Shown in pieces: positions 39,477-49,195 of a stretch of 64,000 nucleotides of DNA. Position numbers and translations under genes: made by a program. Each line of letters opens with the position of its first letter. Within the stretch, counting starts at the first letter, position 1. The notes beneath the pieces are model-generated. The model saw only the letters and a program-made list of their open reading frames with translations, was not told where the DNA came from and did no database searches. The stretch comes from Rhodomicrobiaceae bacterium (GTDB lineage Bacteria > Pseudomonadota > Alphaproteobacteria > Rhizobiales > Rhodomicrobiaceae): assembly GCA_050298295.1 (NCBI GenBank), contig JBNKTW010000071.1, forward strand, positions 7,092-71,091, read 5' to 3'.

Positions 39477-39668
39477 GCATTTTCCGCCTCCGCCGTTAAC
39501 GTTTTCCCGGCAGTTTGGGCCGGCGGGTGGTGTCTTCCGGATTTGAAACAATATAGCAGATGCGCCTTACGGAAGCATTAAGCTGTAGACGGAACACTAA
39601 GTTGCTGCGTAGGAACGGATAATATTGCCGCCGCTTTCGCACTGCGCGTGAGCTTAATACATTCTTCA

Positions 39669-39752
39669 GGTTAATCCGCAAGTTGCGGATATATTTAAAG
39701 GGATTCTGCGAACGTGAAATTCGCGCGAAAACACGAAAAAATCACGCGAAAT
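39669..39752 (+). repeat. 84-bp intergenic element, copy B
   Basis: GGTTAAT-N15-ATATTTAAAGGGATTC...TCGCGCGAAAACACGAAAAAATCACGCGAAAT. Confidence 0.8.
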
Positions 39753-39998
39753 ACGCATCCCGAAGCGGTCCCGCCACGCCGTTAACCTTACCGGCATTAA
39801 GCATACCGCGCCGCGTGGCCAGCTTTACCGGATCTCAAGAATTCCTGAGGAACGGAAAAGCGCCGAAAAACAGCCGCAACGATTAAGTGCTGCGGCGGAA
39901 ATGCGAGCTTGCCTGGCCGCGAAAAATGCCGCCCGCCTCCGGCGGGTCTGTTTCGCTTGGCGTCCGTGACAACGCGCAGATTATAAGACGTAAGGATG

Positions 39999-41204
39999 CT
40001 AAGATTCAGGATTTAATGTTCGGGCCAGACGGAAACCCGCATTGCCGCCGCGGCCGACTGGGGCGCCCCAGATGCGGCCCGCCGCGCGGAGGAACCGTGG
40101 ATCGCTGACCCAGGAACCGCCGCGAAGAACACGGAGACTACTGTCTCCCGTTGTCCAGGCGTCACCAGTGCTTTTCAAGCTTTCGGGCTTATCCCAGTAA
40201 CTCCCATGCCAGACATCCTCGCACCATTCCCAGACATTTCCGTGCATGTCGTGCAAGCCGAAGCCGTTGGGCTGCTTCCCGCCCACGGGATGGGTTTCAC
40301 CGCCTGCGTTGGACGAATACCAGGCATGGCGATCCAGATCGCTTTCGTTACCGCCGAAGGAGTAAGCTGCCTCGCTTCCCGCACGGCAAGCGTATTCCCA
40401 TTCCGCCTCACTCAAGAGACGGTAAGGCTGGCCAGTCTTGTCCGAAAGCCACTTTATGTAAGCCTGCGCGTCGTTCCATGAGACGTTGATGACAGGCCGC
40501 CGCCCGTGCCCCCAGCCTCTGTCGCCTGGCTTATGAGAGACGCCCCCCGCCGCAACCGCGGCGTCCCATTCGTCGAACGTCACCGGATACTTTCCCACCG
40601 CGAAGGCTCGTTGGATCGTCACCTTGTGGCGCGGGCGCTCCCTGTCCTCTCCTTCGCCGTCCTTGGAACCCATCATGAAGCTGCCCGCCGGGATCACAAC
40701 CATCTCCGGCCCTGCGTCAAAATCGCGGAAGCTCTTGCCCGGCTTCGGCTTCTGGCGCTCAACTTCCGGCGCGGGCGTTTCCGCTTTGGCCACGGCTTCG
40801 GCGTACACCACTTCGGCATGATTGCTGGGAGCGATCAGCCTCCGCGCCAGCGCGGCGAAGATCTTCGCGCGGTCGCTCACAAGCGTGATGTTCCCCGACG
40901 TGAACGGCATCGGCACCTTGCGCGGATCGAGCGTTTCTTCGCGCACCTGCAAAAGCTTGCCGTGCGCGTCCCCCTCGCTCGCCTCGGACCAGACCCAGCG
41001 AGACGTCACCGAATGCTCCGCCCAGATCACGATCACGGCCTTCGCCGCCGCGATCTGGGTGCGGATCGTCTCGGGGAAGAACCCGTCGTCCGGCAGAAGG
41101 TTCGTATCCCACCAGGTGGTGTAGCCTTCGGCTTCAAGGTCACGCGCAAGCTCCTTGGTGAGCCGGTCGTGCTTCTTCGAGTATGAGATAAAAATATCGG
41201 CCAT
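39999..41204 (-). CDS. TIR domain + formylglycine-generating enzyme (SUMF1/CLec) domain protein; probable DGR-type target
   Basis: DIFISYS..WVWSEA (TIR with Glu); GPEMVVIPAGSFMMG, RLLSEAEWEYACRAG, DMHGNVWEW, RGGSW..GFRLAR. Confidence 0.9.
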   Translation of the reverse strand: MADIFISYSKKHDRLTKELARDLEAEGYTTWWDTNLLPDDGFFPETIRTQIAAAKAVIVIWAEHSVTSRWVWSEASEGDAHGKLLQVREETLDPRKVPMPFTSGNITLVSDRAKIFAALARRLIAPSNHAEVVYAEAVAKAETPAPEVERQKPKPGKSFRDFDAGPEMVVIPAGSFMMGSKDGEGEDRERPRHKVTIQRAFAVGKYPVTFDEWDAAVAAGGVSHKPGDRGWGHGRRPVINVSWNDAQAYIKWLSDKTGQPYRLLSEAEWEYACRAGSEAAYSFGGNESDLDRHAWYSSNAGGETHPVGGKQPNGFGLHDMHGNVWEWCEDVWHGSYWDKPESLKSTGDAWTTGDSSLRVLRGGSWVSDPRFLRAAGRIWGAPVGRGGNAGFRLARTLNPES

Positions 41205-41302
41205 GCCTGCCCCGTCAGCGCCGTTGCCCGCAACAAGATATATAGCAGCGGCGGCGCGGGGCGCAAAGAAGATAGCTAAGCTTTTGCGCTATATGAGGGA
41301 AT

Positions 41303-41404
41303 CCCCCGTCACCCTCTCCCTGTCCCTTACCCACGCAAGCCCGCCAAGGCGAGCTTGCCACTCAGAAGCGTCCATATCCGCAAGCGGATATGGATGGGAG
41401 AGGG
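41303..41404. repeat. REP-like element of the CCCTCTCCC..GGGAGAGGG family with two internal hairpins
   Basis: CCCTCTCCCTGTCCCTTACCC-acg-CAAGCCCGCCAAGGCGAGCTTG-N13-TCCATATCCGCAAGCGGATATGGA-TGGGAGAGGG; matches the right half of the DUF952 insert. Confidence 0.8.
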
Positions 41405-41409
41405 CTCCA

Positions 41410-42423
41410 TCAGGCGGCGCCCGCGCGCAACAGATCGTGGACGTGAATAATGCCCACCGGCGTGCCGCCGCCGTCCACCACGAACAGCGCGGTGATCTGC
41501 GAGGAATTGATGATCTGCAGCGCGGCGCTCGCAAGCGTGCCCGCCGTCACTGTCTTGGGCGAGCGGGTCATGATCTCGCCCGCCGTCTTGCCGAGCAGGT
41601 CCGGCCCCATGTTCCGGCGCAGGTCGCCATCCGTCAGGATGCCGATGAGCCTGCCGCCGCCGTCAACAATGCCGAGGCAGCCGAACGCTTTTTCGGTCAT
41701 CACCACAAGCGCCGTGCTCATCGGTTCGCCGGTTCCCACCACCGGCAGCCGCTCGCCCGTGTGCATGAGGTCGCCGATGTGTTTCAAATTCGCGCCGAGC
41801 TGGCCGCCTGGGTGGAAAACCTTGAAATCGAGCGCGGTGAAGCCGCGGCCTTCCAAGAGCGCGATGGCGAGGCAATCGCCGAGGGCGAGCTGCACCAGCG
41901 CCGATGTCGTGGGCGCAAGCCCGTGCGGGCACGCCTCTTTCACCTGCGGCAGGGCAAGCACGATGTCCGCGGCCCGGCCAAGCGTGCTGTCGCGCCGCGA
42001 GGTCATCGCCACGAGCGGCACCTTGAAGCGCCGCGAATAGGTGATGAGATTGGCAAGCTCGGCCGTTTCGCCCGACCAGGAGAGCGCCAGCACGGCATCG
42101 TTCGCCGTGATCATGCCGAGGTCGCCATGGCTTGCCTCGGCGGGATGAACGAACTGCGCCGGCGAGCCCGTGGACGAAAGCGTCGCGGCGATTTTCTGCC
42201 CGACATGGCCGCTCTTGCCCATGCCGGTGACGATCACCCGGCCTTTGCAGGCGAGCATCAGCTCCACCGCGGCTTCAAAGTCCTTGGCGAGCCCGTTGCC
42301 TAAGGTACCCCCCAGCGCGTTCAGCCCATCAATCGCGCAGGCGATGCTGCGCTCGGCCACGGGCGCGGCCTCAAACCCGGTTGCTGGCTTGCTTCCGGCG
42401 GCCAGCGCGAGAGGCTTTCCCAT
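41410..42423 (-). CDS. kdsD: Arabinose-5-phosphate isomerase (KpsF/GutQ)
   Basis: TGMGKSGHVG, HPAEASHGDLG, APTTS, FHPGG, two CBS domains. Confidence 0.94.
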   Translation of the reverse strand: MGKPLALAAGSKPATGFEAAPVAERSIACAIDGLNALGGTLGNGLAKDFEAAVELMLACKGRVIVTGMGKSGHVGQKIAATLSSTGSPAQFVHPAEASHGDLGMITANDAVLALSWSGETAELANLITYSRRFKVPLVAMTSRRDSTLGRAADIVLALPQVKEACPHGLAPTTSALVQLALGDCLAIALLEGRGFTALDFKVFHPGGQLGANLKHIGDLMHTGERLPVVGTGEPMSTALVVMTEKAFGCLGIVDGGGRLIGILTDGDLRRNMGPDLLGKTAGEIMTRSPKTVTAGTLASAALQIINSSQITALFVVDGGGTPVGIIHVHDLLRAGAA

Positions 42424-42539
42424 TTACATATCCCCCGAAAACCGCGGCGCCTGTATCCGCCAGCGGTTCCCTCCATTCCAGCCCCGAAGGGCTATGCCGT
42501 TGAGACGCCGCCTCTTTTTGCGCGCGGCTCTCCCAAGGC

Positions 42540-43469
42540 TTACTCCGCAGCTTGCTTGGTCTCAAGCTCCGCCGCAAGCCTTTTCAGCTCTTCGCTGAAC
42601 TTTGGGGCAAGGTCGGGGCACGCGAGCGCGAAGGCGACGTTGGCGCTCAAGAAACCCAGCTTGGAGCCGCAATCGTAGCTCTTGCCCTGGTATTTGTAGG
42701 CGAAGAACATCTGGTCCCGCATCAGGGTCTTCATCGCGTCGGTAAGCTGGATCTCTCCGCCGGCGCCGGTGGATTGGTCTTTGAGGATGTCGAAGATTTC
42801 GGGCTGCAGGATGTAGCGGCCCATGATGATGAGGTTCGAGGGGGCCGTGCCCGCCGCCGGCTTCTCGATCATCGACTTGACGCGCCAAAGCCGGTCCTCC
42901 ACCTGGCTTTCGAGCCCCACCACTCCGTAGGAACTGGTCTCTTGGGGTGCAACCTCTTCCACGGCGAGAATGTTGATCTTGGCGTCCGGCCCGTATTTTC
43001 CGGCAAGGCGGTTGTAAACGCCGATCATCTGCTCCAGGCAGCTTTCGCCATTCTGCAGGACGATCACGTCCGGCAGAAGCAGCGCGAACGGTTCCCTGCC
43101 AGCGATATCGTGCGCGCACCAAATCGCATGGCCGAGGCCCAGCGGTTCCTGCTGGCGCGTGAAGCTCGTGGCTCCCGGCAAGGGCAGATTCCGCTCAAGT
43201 TCCCTAAGCTCCTCGGACTTGTTCCGGCGCCGCAGCATCTCTTCCAGCTCGAACTGGTGGTCGAAATGGTCCTCGATCACACCCTTGTTGCGGCCCGTGA
43301 CGAAAATGAAGTGCTCGATGCCGCCAGCCCGCGCCTCGTCGGCCACATGCTGAATGATGGGACGGTCCACGACCGTCAGCATTTCCTTGGGCATGGCCTT
43401 GGTGGCTGGGAGGAAACGGGTGCCAAGGCCTGCAACGGGGAAGATGGCCTTGCGGATCGGTTTGCTCAT
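42540..43469 (-). CDS. galU: UTP--glucose-1-phosphate uridylyltransferase
   Basis: FPVAGLGTRFLPATKAMPKEML, RQQEPLGLGHA, GRYIL, EIQLTDA. Confidence 0.96.
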   Translation of the reverse strand: MSKPIRKAIFPVAGLGTRFLPATKAMPKEMLTVVDRPIIQHVADEARAGGIEHFIFVTGRNKGVIEDHFDHQFELEEMLRRRNKSEELRELERNLPLPGATSFTRQQEPLGLGHAIWCAHDIAGREPFALLLPDVIVLQNGESCLEQMIGVYNRLAGKYGPDAKINILAVEEVAPQETSSYGVVGLESQVEDRLWRVKSMIEKPAAGTAPSNLIIMGRYILQPEIFDILKDQSTGAGGEIQLTDAMKTLMRDQMFFAYKYQGKSYDCGSKLGFLSANVAFALACPDLAPKFSEELKRLAAELETKQAAE

Positions 43470-43836
43470 CGTGGGGATTCCTGGAAGCTTACAGACTGCG
43501 GCAGTGGACAATAAACGGCGGCTGAAAGATGCGCGGCAGAGCTGCATATAACTGATGAACTGAAGGAGTACAGCAGGAATTGCAGCAATTTCTACCAAAT
43601 CGCCGTGAGCCGCACGGCGCGGACCGGGGCCGCCGCGAGGGCCGTTCCAGCGAATACGCCCTCGATTGAGGCAGGCAATCCTCACTTTACTCACAGAAGG
43701 CCGCGCGCCTGCAGCCGGGGCTTGATCCTGTCACGATCTGTAATATAGCTAACAGAGGGACTCTGGGGGAGAATCAGGCTTGAGCTTCAGCATCGGCCGT
43801 GGGGGCAACTTAGAGAGCTTGAAAGGGGGAACGCGC

Positions 43837-45051
43837 GTGCGGTTCGCTGCCTTACTTGCTGTCTTGTTCCTAACGCTCTTCGGCGCCGCGAGCGTTTCCG
43901 CGCAAGGCATCTACTCCTCCAGCTATATTACGCCATTTCCGCAAGGGGACCGCTATCAGATCCGCGTGATCGGCGATTGGTACGGCGCTGGGCTTGCGGC
44001 CGGGCTCCAGGATGCGCTCAAGGGCGAGGCTTCCCTGGAAATTCAAGACGTGAGCCGGTCCAGATATGGCTTGGTGCGTGCCGGCCGGAACGGCCTTTCC
44101 GCCGAAATCGATAAGCTGGTCTCCAGCGGGCCCATTCATATCGCCGTTATTATGATGGGCATGAACGACCGGGTTTCGTTCAGAACGGACTCGGGCCATG
44201 CGCGCCCCGGTACGGCGGAATGGAAGGAGCTGTACGGCAAGGAGGCCGAGAAGCTCATCAAGAAGCTCAGGGCCGCGGGTATCGCGGTGTATTGGGTGGG
44301 CCTGCCGCCGATGAGCAATACGTCGCTCAATGAGTTCGTGGCGCGGCTCAATGACACGATCCGCCAGGCCGTCTACCTGAATGGCGCCAAGTTCGTCGAA
44401 ACGGCCGCCGGTTTCACCGGCCCGGGCGGCAGTTATAGCGCCTGGGGGCCGGACATCTCCGGCCAAACCAAGCGCTTGCGCGATAGCGATGGCTCGGGGC
44501 TGACTCAGGCCGGCTACCGCAAGATTGCAAGTTTCGTCGAGGTTTCCATCCGCCGCGATCTGGCGCAAGCGCGCGCCCAGCGGAATATCCCGCTTGCCGG
44601 CGACGAGGAGGAGCAGGCGCGGGTCGTACCCAATTACGCGCATGGCTCCCGGGCGAAAAGCGGAACCTCGGGGCCGGCTGCCGGCTGGAAGCCGGAGATC
44701 AATGCCAGCAAGCCGGACGCGGCATCCAAGACCGGAGGCCCCGTGGTCAAGGCCAAAGCCGTGGCTTCTGCTCCAGCCGCTACCGGCGTCTCGCGGCGTG
44801 ACCGGGCCGCGTTCGCTGAAACAGGCGGCCAGCCGGGCGAATACATCTTGGCTGACCTTGGCGGCGATTTGACCTCAATCGCGGTGATCACACCCGTGGG
44901 CGATTTGTCGATGCGCGAAATTCAAAGGCAAACGCCGCTCGCGGACCGGCTCTATTTCAGGGTTCTGAGCAAGGGCGAAGCCTTGCCCGCAAAGGAAGGC
45001 CGCGCGGACGATTTCCGCTGGCACGGAGAGGAAAACACTAGAACACAGTAG
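43837..45051 (+). CDS. DUF459/SGNH-fold periplasmic protein
   Basis: Signal peptide, VIGD, MMGMND, VYWVGLPPM, LRDSDG; GTG start approximate. Confidence 0.78.
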   Translation: MRFAALLAVLFLTLFGAASVSAQGIYSSSYITPFPQGDRYQIRVIGDWYGAGLAAGLQDALKGEASLEIQDVSRSRYGLVRAGRNGLSAEIDKLVSSGPIHIAVIMMGMNDRVSFRTDSGHARPGTAEWKELYGKEAEKLIKKLRAAGIAVYWVGLPPMSNTSLNEFVARLNDTIRQAVYLNGAKFVETAAGFTGPGGSYSAWGPDISGQTKRLRDSDGSGLTQAGYRKIASFVEVSIRRDLAQARAQRNIPLAGDEEEQARVVPNYAHGSRAKSGTSGPAAGWKPEINASKPDAASKTGGPVVKAKAVASAPAATGVSRRDRAAFAETGGQPGEYILADLGGDLTSIAVITPVGDLSMREIQRQTPLADRLYFRVLSKGEALPAKEGRADDFRWHGEENTRTQ

Positions 45052-45089
45052 CATCCGCAGGTGCGCTGACCTGTTTCGCAGGAGCTTTT

Positions 45090-46724
45090 ATGCAGGGTCG
45101 TGAGCAAAATGTCTGGAATCTCTCGCGCTCCATCGGCTGCGTAAGCGCGCCGTTGCTGCTAAGTATCCTGCTTTCAGGATGCCTGCCCGGAATGGAATGG
45201 GGGGACGAGGCTGACAACAATCCGGCCGCCCATGCTCAAGGGGCTCCGGCGCTCAACCGCGATTACAAGACGAATTTCCTGTCGCTGAAAATGCCGTCGC
45301 TCGGTATGCAGAACGTGCAGGCTCATCTTATGCCGGACATCGGGCCGGCGATCCTCGGAGCGTTCTCCACGGTCGAAAGCCGCAGGCCCGCCTCCGCCGG
45401 ATCACCAAGCCCGTTCGCCACTCTCACGGAGTCCGGCCTGGGGTTTGGGCCGGTTATCCTGCCTCCATCGAGATCGCTTGCGAACTTCTATTCCGCGCTC
45501 TCGGCGCTTGCATCCAAAAGGCGCACCAAGCCGGTGGCTATCCTGCATCTGGGCGACGACCATATCGCCTACGACCGCTTCTCCGGCCCCTTGCGCGAGC
45601 GTTTGATAAACCGGTTCGGCTCGGCCGGCCGCGGACTGATGATGCCTGGCCTGTTTCCGGTCCGTGGCATGAAAGTCAGCCGGCGCGGGCAATGGCATCT
45701 GGAAAGCTCGGCCGCTGGAGCGGAAGGCCCGTTTGGTATCACGGGTGTCAGGATGACATCGGGCGCAAGCCAGGCGTGGCTCCGTTTCACGTCAACGCCC
45801 GGCACTTTCTCCTGGGCTGAGGTGACGTTCATGACCGGCCCGCGCTTTGGCACGGCTCTAGTTAGTGTGGACGGCGGCATCCAGCTTGTGCCCACGCGGC
45901 GGCCGCGCCTTGGCGAGACAGCGATGCAGGTCACGGCCAAGGGTCGCGAGATCCTGATCAAGCCAAAGGGCGATGGTCCCATCGCGGTCCTTTCCATCGC
46001 AACCGGTAACAACAGGCGGGGTATCTTTTACAGCAGCCTGGGGCTGCCGGGCGCGACCGCGGCGACGCCGGCGAAGTGGTCCCCGGCCTTCCTGGCGAAC
46101 GACCTCAAGAAGCTCAACCCGGATTTGATCCTCATCGAGTACGGTACCCGCGAAGGGTTCGACGACAGATTGGATGTGCGGCAGTACGAAATGCGGTTTG
46201 CCGCCATCATCGAGATGATCAAGGAGAGGGTTCCGAAAGCCTCTATTCTCGTTATCGGGCCGCCCGACGCGGCAAGGCTGCCGGGCTTTGCGAGTTCCAT
46301 GGGAGCGCAAGCTTGCAGGGCTCTCAACCGGCACGAGATTGCGTCCTATGGGCGCATGATCGCGGAAGGCGATGGAAGACTGGCGCGCTGGCACGCTCCG
46401 CCCAAGCTCGATGCCGTGCGCTCGGCGCAGCGGCGGGCCGCGGCGTCGGTGGGCGCTTACTTCTGGGATTGGGCCAGGTATATGGGCGGGGCATGTTCCA
46501 TCCACGCATGGGCATCAGCCACGCCGCGGTTAGCCGAGCGGGACCACATAACGCTGACCAAGGCTGGCGACAGGCGTTCGGCGCGCGCACTTTTCACCGA
46601 GCTTATGACGGGCTACGACGCCTACCAGCGCGAACTTAAGGCAAAAGCCCAGAAAATTGCCGCCGCGGCCAAGCCAGCGCGAAAACACCGCCGGGTGCGG
46701 AAAAAGCGCAAAAAAGTCCGATAG
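45090..46724 (+). CDS. SGNH/GDSL family lipoprotein (O-acetyltransferase/esterase-like)
   Basis: Lipobox LSGC, ILHLGDDH, YGTRE, GPPD, DHITLT. The canonical GDS Ser appears as GDD. Confidence 0.75.
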   Translation: MQGREQNVWNLSRSIGCVSAPLLLSILLSGCLPGMEWGDEADNNPAAHAQGAPALNRDYKTNFLSLKMPSLGMQNVQAHLMPDIGPAILGAFSTVESRRPASAGSPSPFATLTESGLGFGPVILPPSRSLANFYSALSALASKRRTKPVAILHLGDDHIAYDRFSGPLRERLINRFGSAGRGLMMPGLFPVRGMKVSRRGQWHLESSAAGAEGPFGITGVRMTSGASQAWLRFTSTPGTFSWAEVTFMTGPRFGTALVSVDGGIQLVPTRRPRLGETAMQVTAKGREILIKPKGDGPIAVLSIATGNNRRGIFYSSLGLPGATAATPAKWSPAFLANDLKKLNPDLILIEYGTREGFDDRLDVRQYEMRFAAIIEMIKERVPKASILVIGPPDAARLPGFASSMGAQACRALNRHEIASYGRMIAEGDGRLARWHAPPKLDAVRSAQRRAAASVGAYFWDWARYMGGACSIHAWASATPRLAERDHITLTKAGDRRSARALFTELMTGYDAYQRELKAKAQKIAAAAKPARKHRRVRKKRKKVR

Positions 46725-46732
46725 CGCTCAAA

Positions 46733-47257
46733 TCATCCCTGCCTAGTGTCTGGCGATGCCGGCACCCCGCCCCGGCGCCAGGGCCACGCAATGAGCGCAA
46801 GGATGTACGCAAGCACGCCAAGCGCCCAGGGCATCAGGGCAAAGGTTGGGAAGAGAAGGTGGCGGCTACCCGCCTTTTCGATGAAATGCCAGGTTGCCTC
46901 GGGTGCATATATGTAGGTTGCAATGAGCCCTGCCCCCGAAACGGCTGCGAGTGTAAAGCCCACGGTGAGCGATCTCGCGAAGGTGCGTTTGCTGTCAGCT
47001 AAAGCGAATACGGTCAATCCGTAGCCGATTATGATAAGGACACCCGACACCCAGGCTGAAACAGGCACCAGTACGCTTCCCGCCAAACCGATAATAATGC
47101 CCCAGAAAAAGGTAGTCCAAGGAAAGCTATCCTCATCCGTGGGGTAGAAGCGGTCCCGGTCTGGGGGGAAATATATCGCGGGCTCCCCATTCCGCGAGTC
47201 GCCGTTGACGTCGTCGGGCCAGCCGCCATCCCAGTTCGAAGACATGCGCGCCTCCAC
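46733..47257 (-). CDS. Hypothetical membrane protein
   Basis: 174 aa; acidic N-terminus followed by four hydrophobic segments. Confidence 0.6.
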   Translation of the reverse strand: MEARMSSNWDGGWPDDVNGDSRNGEPAIYFPPDRDRFYPTDEDSFPWTTFFWGIIIGLAGSVLVPVSAWVSGVLIIIGYGLTVFALADSKRTFARSLTVGFTLAAVSGAGLIATYIYAPEATWHFIEKAGSRHLLFPTFALMPWALGVLAYILALIAWPWRRGGVPASPDTRQG

Positions 47258-47434
47258 TCAAATATCGCGCGGCTCACCGAAGCTAGCGCGCGTATTCAAG
47301 ATGTAGTTATCAAAAATATAGGTTGAAGGCCTGTAATTGCCGTTTGCGGCGTTTTGCCTGAACATTTGATTTCCTTATAACCGCAGGCGCGCGCTTGCCT
47401 AAACTCAGACGTTACCCGGTCAATGCTTGCACGC

Positions 47435-48067
47435 TTAACGGGCAAGCTCCTTGAGCGCCAGCCGGATAAGGTTTTCGATACGCGGCGGCGGATCGCCTGC
47501 CTTCTGCAGGGCGGCGGCAACGGCGGCGTTCGCCTGAGCCTGCGGGTAGCCAAGATTGAGAAGCGCGGAGACGGCCTCGGTCACAGGCGGGATGGCGCCG
47601 CCCGGCCCGGCAGTATCCGAAGGCGGCGCAACCGCCGTCACGGTTCCGCCAGCGGAGATCGCGGCGGGCGGCGCCTTATCCTTGAGTTCGTTGACGATGC
47701 GCAGCGCCACCTTGGGGCCGACGCCCGGTGCGCGCGCCACCATCGCCCGGTCTTGCAGCGCTATCGCGTGGGCAAGCTGGACGGTATCGAGGGTGCTGAG
47801 GATCGAAAGCGCGACCCTGGAGCCGACGCCTTGCACATTTTGCAGGAGGCGGAACCAGCCCCGCTCGGTTTCGGTCAGGAAGCCGTAGAGCTTGATCGCA
47901 TCCTGCCTGACATGGGTGTCGATGGAAAGCGTCACGGGTTCGCCCGGCGCCGGAAGCGCGGAGAGCGTGCGCGACGAGCAGGCAACCTCATAGCCGACGC
48001 CGCCCACATCGATGATGGCAAGTTCCGCGCCCACGGCGTCGACGGCGCCACGCAATTTCCCGATCAT
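47435..48067 (-). CDS. ruvA: Holliday junction DNA-binding protein RuvA
   Basis: [27 protein letters not shown]. Confidence 0.96.
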   Translation of the reverse strand: MIGKLRGAVDAVGAELAIIDVGGVGYEVACSSRTLSALPAPGEPVTLSIDTHVRQDAIKLYGFLTETERGWFRLLQNVQGVGSRVALSILSTLDTVQLAHAIALQDRAMVARAPGVGPKVALRIVNELKDKAPPAAISAGGTVTAVAPPSDTAGPGGAIPPVTEAVSALLNLGYPQAQANAAVAAALQKAGDPPPRIENLIRLALKELAR

Positions 48068-48194
48068 GCGCTACCCCCATGAAATAACACCGCCGCCCTG
48101 GAAACGGGAGCCTTCGCCGCAACAAACCGGCGCGCCGCTTCAGCCTCCAACGCTAGCGCGAGTCTGGCGTGCGGCGCTCGCGGGCGGGCAGGTT

Positions 48195-48713
48195 TTACAC
48201 AAGTGCCGCGTACTGCGCCGCAATCGCGCGCGCGCGGCGGTGGTGGGCGTGGGTGATGGCGATCGCCAGCGCATCGGCTGCGTCCGCGGTCCCCGGCGAG
48301 GCCTTCGGCAGGAGGTAGCGGATCATGGCGCGGATTTGCGTTTTGTCGGCGTGGCCGGTGCCCGTTACCGTCTTCTTGACCGAGTTGGGCGCGTACTCGG
48401 CGACGCGCAAGCCCATCCGCGCGGGCGCCAGAAGGGCGATGCCTCGCGCCTGGCCGAGCCTCAGCGCCGAGCGCGCATTGCCGTTCACGAAAGTCTCCTC
48501 CACGGCGGCCTCGGCCGGCGCCCAGTCCTTCAGCACGTCCTCCAGCGAGGCGAACAACGAGGCAAGCCTGCCGCCCATCGGCTCGGCGGCGGCTGTCCTG
48601 ATCGTGCCGCAAGCCACGAAAGTCAGACGCGTTTCGTCCCAGTCGACCACCCCCCAGCCAAGATTGCATAGACCCGGATCAAGGCCGATGATGCGCGTCA
48701 GGGGTTTTTGCAT
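48195..48713 (-). CDS. ruvC: Holliday junction resolvase RuvC
   Basis: IIGLDPG, AVEETF, LGQARG, DAADALAIA. Confidence 0.96.
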   Translation of the reverse strand: MQKPLTRIIGLDPGLCNLGWGVVDWDETRLTFVACGTIRTAAAEPMGGRLASLFASLEDVLKDWAPAEAAVEETFVNGNARSALRLGQARGIALLAPARMGLRVAEYAPNSVKKTVTGTGHADKTQIRAMIRYLLPKASPGTADAADALAIAITHAHHRRARAIAAQYAALV

Positions 48714-48826
48714 GGCGGGAGATCCAGGTGCTCGAATCGAATTCGATCAAGGGTTTCCGCTGGATGCGCCGCGGTCAAGCTGAGTTTTGGAGATGGACCG
48801 GCAAGCGGCGCGGTGAATGGAAGCAC

Positions 48827-48861
48827 AAAAAAAGCAAGCGGTGACGGTGAACACCGCTTGC
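48827..48861 (-). terminator. Rho-independent terminator
   Basis: 10-bp stem GCAAGCGGTG/CACCGCTTGC followed by U7 on the minus strand. Confidence 0.8.
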
Positions 48862-48957
48862 CCCCCTCCAAATGCGTGCTGTCAGACCCAATGCGGGCGT
48901 TCGCCACGGAACGGACAGGTGGCGGACCGCGAAGGGTCATTGCAGCTTAGCCGCACG
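48827..48957 (-). ncRNA. Candidate small structured RNA (~130 nt)
   Basis: TTGACG-N17-TATCAA promoter (48964-48992), internal stems and a terminator. Confidence 0.5.
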
Positions 48958-49195
48958 ATTTATTTGATATTTTTTCCGCGGATGCGCGTCAACGGCTGCG
49001 TTTCCGCCAAGCCTGAGACTAGCCGTCACTGTGACAGTTGGGCGACAATTCTTCTAGTTTCAGATCGCGCCTGGGCCTGGCGGGAACGGTTGCGCGGCGG
49101 TGCGGGCGAGCTTCACGGTTGTGTGCTCGTTCCCATTTGGCTTTGCCACCCCCCGGCAAACAAGGTTAACGTCACGCCCCTGCAAGGAGGCCAGC

